Assembly: GCA_964247055.1 (NCBI GenBank)
Contig: OZ176060.1
Location: forward strand, 310,001 to 374,000
Direction of reading: 5' to 3'
Origin: Paragordius varius
Lineage: Eukaryota; Animalia; Nematomorpha
DNA: 64,000 nt
Numbering within the stretch: the stretch's first letter is position 1; every line of letters begins with the position of its first letter. The notes beneath the pieces were generated by a model. The model was not told the DNA's origin. It did not search any database and saw nothing but the letters and a program-made list of their open reading frames with translations. A program made the translations under genes and the position numbers. Positions 13,358 through 25,459 of the stretch are shown in pieces.

Positions 13358-15179
13358 GTGAGTAAAAACAACGGAAAGAAATGGAATTTATGCTTCTCTA
13401 ATAAAATTATATATAAGCGAGGAAGTTTAAATAAAATTTAGTTTTGAATACTAAGCTATCAAACTTTTTTTTCGACGCAATTTTTATTTTACAGCATTTT
13501 TGCAAAAATATTATGTTTTAATTTTTAAGCAAAAATTAAGCTAATGCAGGAAAAGTGGTTTTATTCAAAATTTTATAGCTATTGCACACATGTCATGTTG
13601 AAAAAATTTTCTTTGAGTTTTTCCTTAAAATAAGTTATATCAAATAATTTAAAGGAATTTTATATTTTGGTATATTAATATTATATAAATGCAAACTTCT
13701 GCTATGTATATATAATATTCCATATTTCAAGGCCTAAGGTATCCAAAAACCATAATCAAATCGTAGACTAAAAGAAATATGTTGTAAATATCTTACTTAC
13801 ATTTTATAAAAAGCTTTGATTAAAAGATTACACCTTCAGTAATATCATTAATAAACTTAAAAAATTTCTGTAAATTTATTATTTTTATATTGTATTGTAA
13901 AATTTATGATAATTCTTTATTGGAGTTCAATAATGTGGCTAAAAACATTTTTTTTTAAAGAATTCTTTTATACTTTAAGTTTCTTAATCTCGACGGTTTT
14001 CAAACGCATTCAAACGTAATCAACTGATAGAATTAATCTTACAAATAAATTGAAAAAGGATGGCTCGCTAGAGTGTATACAGTACCCTCTTTTTTTGTAA
14101 ATAAAGAATTACAGACAAAAGGTATATTAAGAAATTAACCTATTAAAACTTGTTAAATTTCATAAATTACATAATTAATTGTGGTACCAAATTACATATT
14201 ATTTTATAATAAATTTAAAACAATCTATTCTAAAAGTATGTTTGACTTTTGAGAGAATATTTATGTCATATTATTACGTTTTTTCTGTTTTTTTGTATGA
14301 TAATTATTATAGTCAAAAATTACAGTTACACAACACACTCTACATAATTTGCATAATTATAATATTAAGCTCTATCAGATGGTGTAAAAGTTATTAACTC
14401 ATATTTAATAAAATGCTTAAATTTTTATAAATATATGCGTGCGTTTGATAAAATAAAATCAATTGAATATATTTTATTTAATTTAATATAATTTTCCTGT
14501 TTTAAAATTTTAGGAAAATGAAAATTTAAATAATATTTTTAATAATATTGTGATTTATTAATTTATTTTTATTTGATAGTATAAGTAAGTATATATTAAA
14601 AAGTAATTAGTTATTTCCATAGCATATGCAAGAAAGAGAATTATTATTGGCTAAAAAAATAAATATTGCAATGCTAACTACTCATACTTTGGTTGAATAT
14701 ATTTTTATGATTAAATTAAATATTAATTTTCCTGTTTTTGTTAGCATATTACATATATTATAAAATTAAAATAGAAGATATTTAAATTATTTTTTTATTT
14801 TGATATAAATTTATATCAATAAATAATTTAATATTTATAAAACAATTTTCTAATATAAAAAAAAATATTTTTAAATCATATAAATTTCTAATCTATTTCA
14901 ATGTTTTAACAAATATTCATTTGAACATTAAATTACCTGTAATTTAAAATTTATAAAAATTTTTTTTTGCAAAAATAATTGGTAAACTATATAAATTTGA
15001 TCTATTAATATTTATAAATATAATAAAATTGTTTATTTTTTTATTAAAAATTTTTAATTTAATTAAAACAACAACGCTTTTTTGACAAAAATGTTTGTTT
15101 AAATTTCTAAAATTTAAATCTTCCATATAATAGTTTTGTCATTTGAAGTGTTTTATTTTTATTTTTATGCAATTTTATA

Positions 15180-15435
15180 CATTAAAAATTGAAATTATAC
15201 GGACACAACGTAAAAATATAAAGACAAATATCTTTTTTTTCAAATTTTTATAAATCTTCATTTTTTTCTTATTGCAAAGTGTGAAGTAGATATTTACTAA
15301 AATAATCAATGTGATATTTTACCATCGTTATTATAGCTTATAGAGGAATAATTAAGGTTTAAAAAAGTATGGTTGTCTTTTGGAAAATTTGTCTTTTTAT
15401 TTTTACGTTTTGTCCATATAATTTTAATTTTACTG
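15180..15435. mobile_element. Tc1/mariner-like MITE family 1 (TIR core AAATTATACGGACAAAACGTAAAAATATAAAGAC)
   Basis: Inverted ends, flanking TA at 15178-79 and 15436-37, right end ACTG-TA. Other full or partial copies at 17817-18048, ~22320-22580, ~28360-28540, ~37480-37690, ~41400-41645, ~48976-49050, ~63545-63575. Confidence 0.75.
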
Positions 15436-15619
15436 TATAAAGAAAAAATTTATTTTATTTTTTAGCATGTTTAATTACAGTTTATATTTGCAAAGTTAAT
15501 CATTAATTATATAATCATTAATATTTATGTCTATTAACTTGATTTTAAACCATTTTCTTTGGTTTTGTAGATTTTTCATCATTAAATTATTTTTTATAAT
15601 TAAGAAGCATATATTTTAG

Positions 15620-16427
15620 ATTTTGGCGATTCCACTTACAAACTTTGGTGTGAACTCGATACAAAGCTTTATAAATACAACTTACACATCAACAAGAAAC
15701 GTATATTGATGATCCATCTAAACCGGCCTCATTTCTTAATTTATTGGAAAATGAAGATTTCACAAACGATGATTTAAGAAGAATTTTAAACGCTTCTTTC
15801 CATAACCTTTGTTATTTAAGGGAACATAAAAGCAAAAATACTCAACGAAATAATAATTCAAATGATGAAAATACCGAAACCAACAAAGATACCCTAATTA
15901 TTGATTTTGTAGAGGAACAGACGGAAATTTTAGATCTTTCGCTGAAAAAACCACCAAAAATTATAAAAGATTTTACCTCGGTATGTTCAAATGTTGATTC
16001 CAATGACATAAGTTTTAATGATATTAACAATCTATTTAATGATTACATTAATAATGGAATTAATGAGTCCTTAAACACTCAAAAATTGAAGAATGATTAT
16101 CGATGTATTCAATGTAATAAAATTTATAAGGACAAACATGTTTTAGTCACACATATTCGTTCTGTTCATGAACAAGTGAAATATCATTGCAATATTTGTT
16201 CGAAAATATTTTCTAACAAAGGCAATCTTGATAGGCACATTAAGTCAATTCATGAGAAAATTAAATATAAATGTCCGATTTGTAAAAAGAAATATACTAA
16301 AAAAGGCTATCTTGGAACACATATTCAAGCTGTTCACAGGAAAATTAAACATGAATGTCCGATTTGTAAAAAGGAATATACCGAAAAAAGCAGTATTGCC
16401 AGGCATATTAAAAATGTACATAATTGA
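15620..16427 (+). CDS. C2H2 ZNF exon, copy A (4 fingers); 1-bp deletion near 15675, so a recent pseudogene or a sequence error
   Basis: Acceptor TTTTAG at 15614-15619. Four C-x2-C-x12-H-x4-H fingers, TGA stop. The N-terminus aligns to copy D only if one G is restored (AAA[G]TACAACTT vs AAAGTAGAACTC). Upstream exon not found. Confidence 0.85.
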
Positions 16428-16883
16428 ACACTTAATTCAACATATATAAAATATTAAATGTAGCATTAATATAATTTTGTTTAAATATCCATTTCGTAAA
16501 TAAAAGATATTGAGATTCATATTATTTTATAAAGACGTTTATTGCAAAACGCATTTTCGTTAGTAGAATATTTGGAATGATATTTGACCGGTCTTCTCTG
16601 GAGTTTATTTTGTAAGAAAAATCGAATAACGACCAAACGTAAAAATTCAAACCCAAATATTTTTTCTTAAAGACAACCATTATATCTTGATTTCCTAAAT
16701 ATAACTGATTGTTTTAACTGCAGATTGTAAAATATATTTATTGGTAACACAATCAATTATGTATTTTACAATTCTAATTATATATACGATAAATTTGATT
16801 CTAAAATATATAGTTTGTGTTTTGAAAAAATTGTCTTTATATGTTCACGTTTTGTCCGTATAATTTTAATTTTTACTGTCCAA

Positions 16884-17077
16884 TAGTCATCTTTATTGAT
16901 GGCTAATTAGCAATACAGTAGCGTAAAATATAAAACAAATCTTGTCCATGAATTAATAAACAATTTTAATGTTGTAAAAATAGAAAAAATGTTTATTTCA
17001 CACCGTTTGTTGTTTTTAACTCCGACGTTATTGTATCGGCCAAATATAATGTAAAGTAGACAATAAAGTGAGTACTG
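16884..17077. mobile_element. Tc1-like MITE family 2 (TIR CAGTACCCACTTTATTGTTGGCC), abutting a family-1 half element
   Basis: Right end ...CAATAAAGTGAGTACTG-TA. Homologues at 31935-32128, ~34830-35020, 48640-48973, 63578-63780. Confidence 0.7.
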
Positions 17078-18099
17078 TATATACTTTAAGTGTTTCATAT
17101 AACAAATAGGCTTTACAGTTTAATCGGCGACCCACGCTTTTACAATGTAAATAATTATTAGTTTAAACCTTTTAGTCAATTATGTTTAAATCTTCTAAAA
17201 AACTGTTAAACACTAAGAAACTAAAATTATAAATTATTTGCATAAAACTTTAAAAATAAATAAATTATGCAAATTATTTAGAAAGCATTTTGGCGATAAA
17301 GTTTTCTATTATTTTAACAAGGATTAGCACAAACCAATACAAAGCAATATAGGATATAACATATGAAATAATATATTTTTAAATTTATTTAATAATTTTA
17401 CTAAATGTTTATTCTATATAAACACAAAAATACAACTAAACAGGAAATATATACTAAAAATGACATATATTCAGATATAATTCATCCTACAATAATATTC
17501 TTATAAAATTTAATTTATACGGACAAAGCCTAAAAAAATTTTTCCCCAAAAGACAGCTGTACTTTTTTAAACATGATTATTTAAATTCTCAATAAAAAAA
17601 GTCTTTATATTTTCCGTTTTGTCTGTAAAATCTAAATATTTACAAAAGTTAGATATTTTTTAACAACATATATTGGATAACCTATCAATCTCGTATAAAT
17701 ATTGTTAGTGTCTTAAATATTAAAATCTATTTTGTAATGTTTAACTTTGTGGATATTTAATAGATATAAAAGAGTCATTAAAAAAGTGTAGTTTATTTTT
17801 GATGATATATATTAGACCGTAGAAATTAGATTATACGGATAAAACACAAAAATATATAACAAATAATGAAAGACTTTTAAATTTTTATTTAAATTGCAAA
17901 ATATGAATAAGAGATGTTTATGTATTAATTTTACAGTTTAATTAAATATTTTTTAAAAAAAACCCGGTTAATAAAAGTTAGATTGTCTTTTCAAAAAAAA
18001 TTAACCCTATATTTTTACGTTTTTCTGTATAATTTTAATATTTTACTGTAAATAGATGGCTTATTTAGTAGAGGTTTTTATAAAATTTTGGTTTTTTTA

Positions 18100-18780
18100 A
18101 ATATAGGCAAAAATGCCGGAATTGGGCGATAAAATCTTAAATATATGTAAAATTTTCATATTAAAAATATTTATAAAAAATGCAAAATATATAAAATTCC
18201 AGCAACATTTATTTGTTGAAGCGTACTTTATACTATTGTTTAATGGAAACAGTAGAAAGTGTAATATTATAAAAACACATTTTCTACATAGTTCGATGAT
18301 GCTAAATATTTCTATCACTTCTAAAATCGATTAAAAGATTTGTTTGTCTTTAATTTAATATGTTAATTATTTTACAATCCTAAAAATAGCAAACTAATTT
18401 TTCTGATTAAAATTTTGAACCAATCGAAATGTTATCACTATTGAATTATATAGAAAAAGGTTTTTTTAATCTATCTTCTATTCTTAATATCCCCTTTCCA
18501 TAAAATTATTTTAGAAACGGGTAACAATTTTTGCACAAATTTTGAAATAACAAACAAACTTATATACTCCAAAATTTAGCATGTTATTACGACGATAGCA
18601 GAGCCAAATAAATAATAAACAGATGGCATATTTTTAAAAAGTTATAGTAATGCAGATATTTATAGGGGTAAAATTAAAGTAACTGTGTTTAAAAAAACGA
18701 TTATTCATTGCAAGGTATAAATATTCACTTTTTTTTTACTTTTATCAGGTTATAAGCACTGACATATTTATCTTATGTAT
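18100..18780 (+). repeat. Third copy of the 11130-11810 segment
   Basis: Collinear match (GCGATAAAATCTTAAATATATGTAAAATT...AAACAGATGGCATA...AAGTAACTGTGTTTAA). Also at 23190-23870 and, inverted, at ~560-1110. Confidence 0.8.
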
Positions 18781-19370
18781 ATTACTAAACTATTACTAAT
18801 ATGTCTGTTAAAGTCACCTCAGATATAAATTTTTGGCTTATAATTTTAATCATATCTAAAAATTCAAATTCAAAAACAAACTATGAACCGCGACTCTGTT
18901 TTAATAACACCAAAAAAATTTGAATAATTATGTTAACTACAGCTTTTTATTTTTTATCTATCCTCTTTTGCTTAAACCTATTTTATAATATATTTAAAAA
19001 ATTTATGATACTAAAAAAATTATTACAATGTAAACTCTAAAAAACGATTAAATTTGAATTTAAATAATAAAACAATATTTTTATTAAATTTAAATGAAAG
19101 ACCACTTTTCATATAATAGGATCTAAATTATTTTATAATTAATTTTTGCACAATAATTTTTTAATATTTATTAAAAAACTTAAATATTGTATATCAGACT
19201 TTAAGATGAATAAATTAAAAAATTTATTAATTAGCTTCGTAAAAAAATATCCTATCAAAAAGTCGGTTTTATTCAATATTGAGTTAAGAGTTTAAGGCAG
19301 GGTTGTCCCACACAAATGGCTTTGCTGGACGCATATTTAGCTTAAAATTCCGACAAGCCGCATTTTGTAT

Positions 19371-19680
19371 GTATACCATATACAATTCAAATTCACCCTT
19401 GAACAATTCACACTCACCCTCAAATAAAATATATGTTTTTTAAGATTAAAAATTACCCATATTTTTATATATTTTTGAAAAATAAAAATTTTGTTTTAAA
19501 TTAAAATAATACTGAAAAAATAAAAACTATGCCATAATTATATATTTTATATTAATATTGAGTTATATTAGTTCGAAAACATCTAATTTATTTTTAGGGT
19601 GAATTTGAATTGTTCGAGTTAAATTGTTCGAAGGTGAATTAATTGTTCAAGGGTGAATATTAACTGTAAATGGTATATAC
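19371..19680. mobile_element. ~310-bp hairpin MITE with short subterminal repeats
   Basis: GTATACCATACAATTCAAATTCACCCTTGAACAATT at left; its near reverse complement ...AATTGTTCAAGGGTGAATATTAACTGTAAATGGTATATAC at right. An extra partial end follows at 19681-19727. Confidence 0.65.
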
Positions 19681-21534
19681 AATTTAGAGTTCAAAATCAT
19701 CCTCGAACAATTCAAATTCACCCTAAATTATGTGTTTTTGCCAATATAACTCAATGTTAAATTAATTTATCCGATTTCATAAATAGATGGCAAATATATT
19801 GAGATATACTTCTCCTTTGAACTCTGTCAATTTTAAGACTTTAATTGATAATTTTTAACATGCTTAATTGTCGGATTAATATCGCTCTTGAATTATTGAA
19901 AATAATGTCATATAAAAACATTAATAAAATAATAGGTAAGTTTTCTTATATCATCGTTTGCGAAATCCTCATATTTCAACAATTAATTTTATCTTTGGAT
20001 CATTGACCGATTATAATAAAATATAAAAAAAACATTTTTATATATAATGTAACAAATGATTGAAAAAAGAATATATATTAAAATATTTTATCAATTTTAA
20101 TTATAAGATTAATATCATGTCCGCAATATTAATCTACAAGTCATTAATTATAATATATCTATAAGCGGACATTTGATTTAGCTTTAATTAATTTTGAATC
20201 AAATTATAGGCCGCGAACATTAGGGTTTATTTATATTTATATTTCTTTATAACCATATATTTATTGAATAAAAATTCATATATTTTATTTTATAAGTCAT
20301 ACATTAAAAATCGAAAATTTACAGTTTAAAGGTAAAGTTAAGACAAATTTGTTTATAAAAGACAACCAAACTTTCCAAGTATATATTTCATATAAGCTCT
20401 TTAATTACAATAATTGTAAACTCTAGAATTGATTGAGTTGGTAATATAATCTCTATTTCACACTTTACCATTTTAAACAATATTTAAATGAATAAAAATT
20501 TGTAAAGTATCGTTGTTTTTACATTTGTGTCTATTTTATATTTTACTGCATATAATTCAAGAAACCCCTTTTTACTCTATTGGTACCCATATATGGTCAA
20601 AACTCAACAGTTAATTTTTCCGTTTTAAATTGGTTTTAATATGGTATAATGTATATTTAAAGATGGTAAATATCTTAAATATTTGATATAACAGGATACA
20701 ATCAATTAATTTTAAAAAATAAAATAGTAGGTAATATATATGTAGTTAGCTTATGTTTTATTGATTTTCAAAAAAATCTAAACAATTTATTTTTCAGTTA
20801 TTTACCTAGTTAGTAATCAGTTAACATTGTAACATATTTTTTTTACATTCCAAAATAGTTTTGTTTAAATAAATTATAATAGGTTATCATATATAACAAA
20901 ACTAAACATAAACAAGATGGCATATATATTGTAGTTTAGTCGTTCTGAATTAAAATTCGTTTTTATAAAAAAATACTTTTATAAACATCATCATAAAACC
21001 ATAAAAACGAAAACATCTTTTTAAAAAAATTTTTAATTATATTTATTTGATGTAATAAAATTATTAATTTAAAAACTGATAACTGTTGACCTTGCACTGA
21101 ACTAATTCTCAACTTCAACTAAAGAAGTCAAATTTTTAACCAAATTTAATTCAGTTATACATAATTATATAATTACTCTACGTAAAATAATATGTGCATT
21201 TTAGGGTGGAATATATTGTGTTTAATGGAAAACACGTTATCTTTCAAAATGAATAGTCAATTATTTAATAATGTGTGCGTATTTAATTATTAAATATAAG
21301 GAAAACAGTCACTGAAAGTTAAATATAAAATGTTTATATATCTAATTGTATAAATGTTGTTTAATTTATTTATACAACATTTCTGACATCTAGTTATTAA
21401 ATATAATTTAATAAAACTTTAAATTTATTTTTAAGCTTTTTATATTTATATATATTTGGAATATTACAAAACATCGGTTTAAAAAATCTATAAATTAAAA
21501 TAAATTACGAACTATTAGTTTAAGTATTCTTTCA

Positions 21535-21540
<6 letters not shown>

Positions 21541-21581
<41 letters not shown>
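21541..21581. repeat. (TA)n microsatellite
   Basis: Direct reading. Confidence 0.95.
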
Positions 21582-21583
<2 letters not shown>

Positions 21584-24012
21584 ATAGTTTAATAAATTTA
21601 AAATGGAACATATTTTTTATAATATATTTTCACCTAACTCACGTTAAATAGCATCAAAATTTCTGTGTGATTTTCCATTTTATTTTTATTTTATTAACAG
21701 ATATTGGTTCAACACTTCAATGAAAATAAAATTATAAATCACACAATAAATTTATCTCCTATTAAACGGGAAATAGACCCAATTTTATTGTATAATGTAT
21801 GCATTATTGGCCATATTTTTAATCCCCTCTTAAATTAAAAAAAACTTTTTATGAAAAAAGTAAGTGTTTTGGTTTGCGGCATTCTTGATGTTTTTAGTCA
21901 TGGTCCCGTTAATAGAAAAATATTATTCATAAAAAGGAAAGAGGATTAATCACTATTTTACAAAATCAGGTTTTTTAAACCTTGTTTTTGGTATGTTTTT
22001 GATTGAAACATTAGATATAACTTGCACTTGCAATCCGATTTAACACCAAGGAAAAAATGAAATTATAAAAATTCGATTTTAAAATGCATTGAAATCAATT
22101 AATCTAACATTTTTACGGACTGGTATAATCAATCAATTTAAATAATCTACATTAATGGGAAAGAAATAATTTTATTATGTATTAAATTATTTCGGATGAT
22201 AATAATTTGACAGAAATTTATTAATATTTAAGCTATTTTTATATAATATTGGTGGAGTCTAAACGAAAAAATCATAAATAGAGGGGCGGATATCCCTATA
22301 GTAATAGGTAGACAATTACAGTAATGGATTTATACGGATAAAACGCAAAAAATAATGAGAAATATATTTTTAAAAAAGACCGCTGCACTTTTATGAACTT
22401 AATATGTTTGAAAATTCATGGTTATAAATTACAAAAAAGAAAATAGAGATATATATGGGTTAAACAATCAACTATGTATTATACACTTGCACAATTAAAT
22501 AATTTATATAGGGAAATAATGGTTTAAAAATTATGGTTATCTTTTATAAAAAATATATTGTTTGTCCGTGTAATTTGAAATAGATGGCTTAGTTATGTTC
22601 TTTTTATATTTAATATAAAAAATTATCTAGTAACTGTAAAATACAGTTATTATTAGGCGAAAATATTTAAAAAAAAGTGGATATTATTTAACTTCTGAAA
22701 TGGTATAATTTATTAAATATTTTTGGGTACTTTTGCTATTTATATATCCATACATAATGTTTTATTATCTAAAATTAAAATTTTTAAACCATAAATTTAT
22801 TTAATAAATTAAGAAAAAGTATATTATTATAAAAGAATCGTGTCTAATTTATTATAGTATAATTATATTAAACTGCGTCCGTAATCAACAAGTATAAAAA
22901 AATTACCTGTTTATATTTTAGGAATTATATCTTGATTATCATGCCTGGTTTAAGCCCTTACGAGTGATATAAGAAAGTTATTTATTTTGAGTGTATATCA
23001 GAAAATGGCATAATTTGATCACATTTTGTAATAAAATTTTTTTGGTTAAAGTTAACCGCTAATTTGATAAATATCACTAAAATATATTATAAAATACATA
23101 TAAAAAGCCAAACAATATTTTCAAAAAAACTTTTAGGCTCCAAAAATCGCAAATTTTTTCGTTCTTCTAAAATGGGCGAGTGCTTTTACGAAGAATGCCG
23201 AGATTGCGCGATATTAAAATATATGTTAAAATTTGATTCTAAAAAAATTTATAAAATAACGCAAAATTTTTAAAATTTAATTTTTAGAAAAATTTCGTTG
23301 AAACGTATTTCATACTATAATTGAGGTATGATGGAAACAGTGTAAAAGAGTTTTAAGATATTATAAAAACACATTTTTCACGTAATGATGCTAAACATTT
23401 TAATCACCTCAGAACTTCGATTAGATCTGTTTGTATCCATAAATCTTTTTACAATCCGAATAATTTGCAAGCAAACAAACTTTTCTAATTAAAATTCTCT
23501 ACCTTTTGAAATGTTTATCACGATTGAATTATATGAAAAAAGTTTTTTGAAAGCTTTTTTATATACTTTCTACAAAATTAATTTAAAAAAACGAGTAACA
23601 ATATTCGGAGAAATTATATCAAATAACAAACAAACCTATAAAATCCAGAATTTAGCATGTATTTTAAATTGAAAATGGCAGAGTCGTAAACCTTTACATT
23701 AATTAAAGAGATGGCATATTTTTTGACCAAATTTATTGATGTATACATATAAGGGGTAAAAATAAATAACTGTGTTTAAATAAATATTTATTCTTTGCAA
23801 GGTATCAATATTTACCTTTTGTTCCTTTTATAAAGTTAAAAAATATAATATACTTATCATCATATATATTTATATATAATCTTTATAAATACCGTAAATA
23901 AATTTAGCAATGGCGAAAGCCTGTTTTGAATTTTTATCAATATGATGAAAACAGTTTTACGCGCGATTTATATGTGGGTCTTATTAAAAAATTTTGTTTA
24001 TATTATTTGTAG

Positions 24013-25459
24013 ATATCCGTGCATCTTTATGAATCCGTAAATAAATTTAGCAATGATGAAAAGCTTAAGGTCTGGAAGGCTTTAGCCAAAAAATGATCAA
24101 TATTTAAATATTTATAAAATATACTTATTTATTGTGTAAAAATAAATTATTACAAAATTATGTAAAATTTATTCGTTTCTCCGATCTAATCCTGTCTGAT
24201 GGCCATTCGATATAAGAGCTGTCTGATCTTCTAATATTAACTTTGCTAACTCATTTTCGTAATTTATGGTTTTATAGAAATATATATTACTGAATTCATA
24301 CCAAATTTAAAAATAATCGATAGTATTCCTGATGATATTAGCATTTAAATGGTTTCATGTGAGGAAAATTATATGATGTCTTCTGAATTCTTGAAAAAAC
24401 ATATCAGTAGGATTTACTAAATATTCAGTACTTGCTTATAAACTTGAACTGACTACTATTTCTTGCCTAAATAAAGCACTAATAACCCTTAAAAAGCATT
24501 TCCCGAAAATTTTTTTTGATACTGTCCAAAATTTCCATAACTTACCACATACATATATTAAACTATTTAGGCTAATACAGTTTTCAGATTCCAAAAATTC
24601 ATCTTAGTTCTCGAGATATCGGCTTATGTAATAATCTTAATCCCGAAAAAACCGGAATTAAAAATTCCTCCAACTCAACAGGATGAGAAAGGCTCATTCA
24701 CCACTTTTAATAGTCATGAACCGGCTCAACTGGCTCATTCACATAGCCCTTAATGACTTTTTTTAGCGGGTGCTTTAATAAAAAAATCAACATGTGACCT
24801 TTACATTTCCGATATCGGGAGTTTAAAAAAATGAAACATGGTAAAATGCTTCAAAATTATCATGTTACTTTTGGTTCAAGGTCTTAGGAGAGATTTAAGA
24901 AAGTTATTTAAAATTTTGTAAGTCCTATCAAAAAGCCAAATTTGCCCACATTTTTTTACAAAATTTTTTTCAAAGCTAAATGGCCTGAAATTATCACTTT
25001 TTCATAATCATATATTATTATCAGTAATTTATAAAAAATAAATATTTTAGATGGCTCCATCTAGGCACACTATGCAAGACTATTTTTTTACAATCAGAAT
25101 GTAGGCTGAATCAAGGCGATAAAATTTGTTACTGACATATGATCCGTATTACAATGGTATTGTAGCATGGTGAAAACATAAAACATTTTATTATTAAACA
25201 TCTTTTCTACATATTTAAAATATCCTGAATCCGACCTCACATAATTTATATCAGAAATTTGTGATTTCATAGTGGATATAAAATGCCTTTCACAAATGCA
25301 TACTAAAATTCAAAGAAATGCGTCGTATGACGCTTGCGGTTTATAACATTGCGTTGTATGTTTTTATATTATTAGTCCTGATGATGACTAAAATTTTAAT
25401 AGCTATCAAGATTAATACTTCAAATCAATTTGATTTAAATACTCCAAACTATGGGTGGG
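24013..25459 (+). pseudogene. Multi-exon pseudogene of an unidentified protein, copy 2
   Basis: Paralog of 11955-13357 with the same GT donor positions (one acceptor mutated, CTAG to CTAC) and partly different indels and stops. Confidence 0.6.

Larger units (their letters stand above)
8550..14450 (+). repeat. ~5.9-kb block directly duplicated at ~20880-26630
   Basis: Collinear anchors at an offset of about 12.1-12.4 kb (8765/21085, 9890/22275, 11830/23885, 14440/26620). Confidence 0.9.

Noticed and set aside
24170-24290. Minus-strand reading TINYENELAKLILEDQTALISNGHQTGLDRRNE
   Set aside because: Differences between the two copies are non-synonymous in this frame and include a stop; splice signals and silent changes favour the plus strand.
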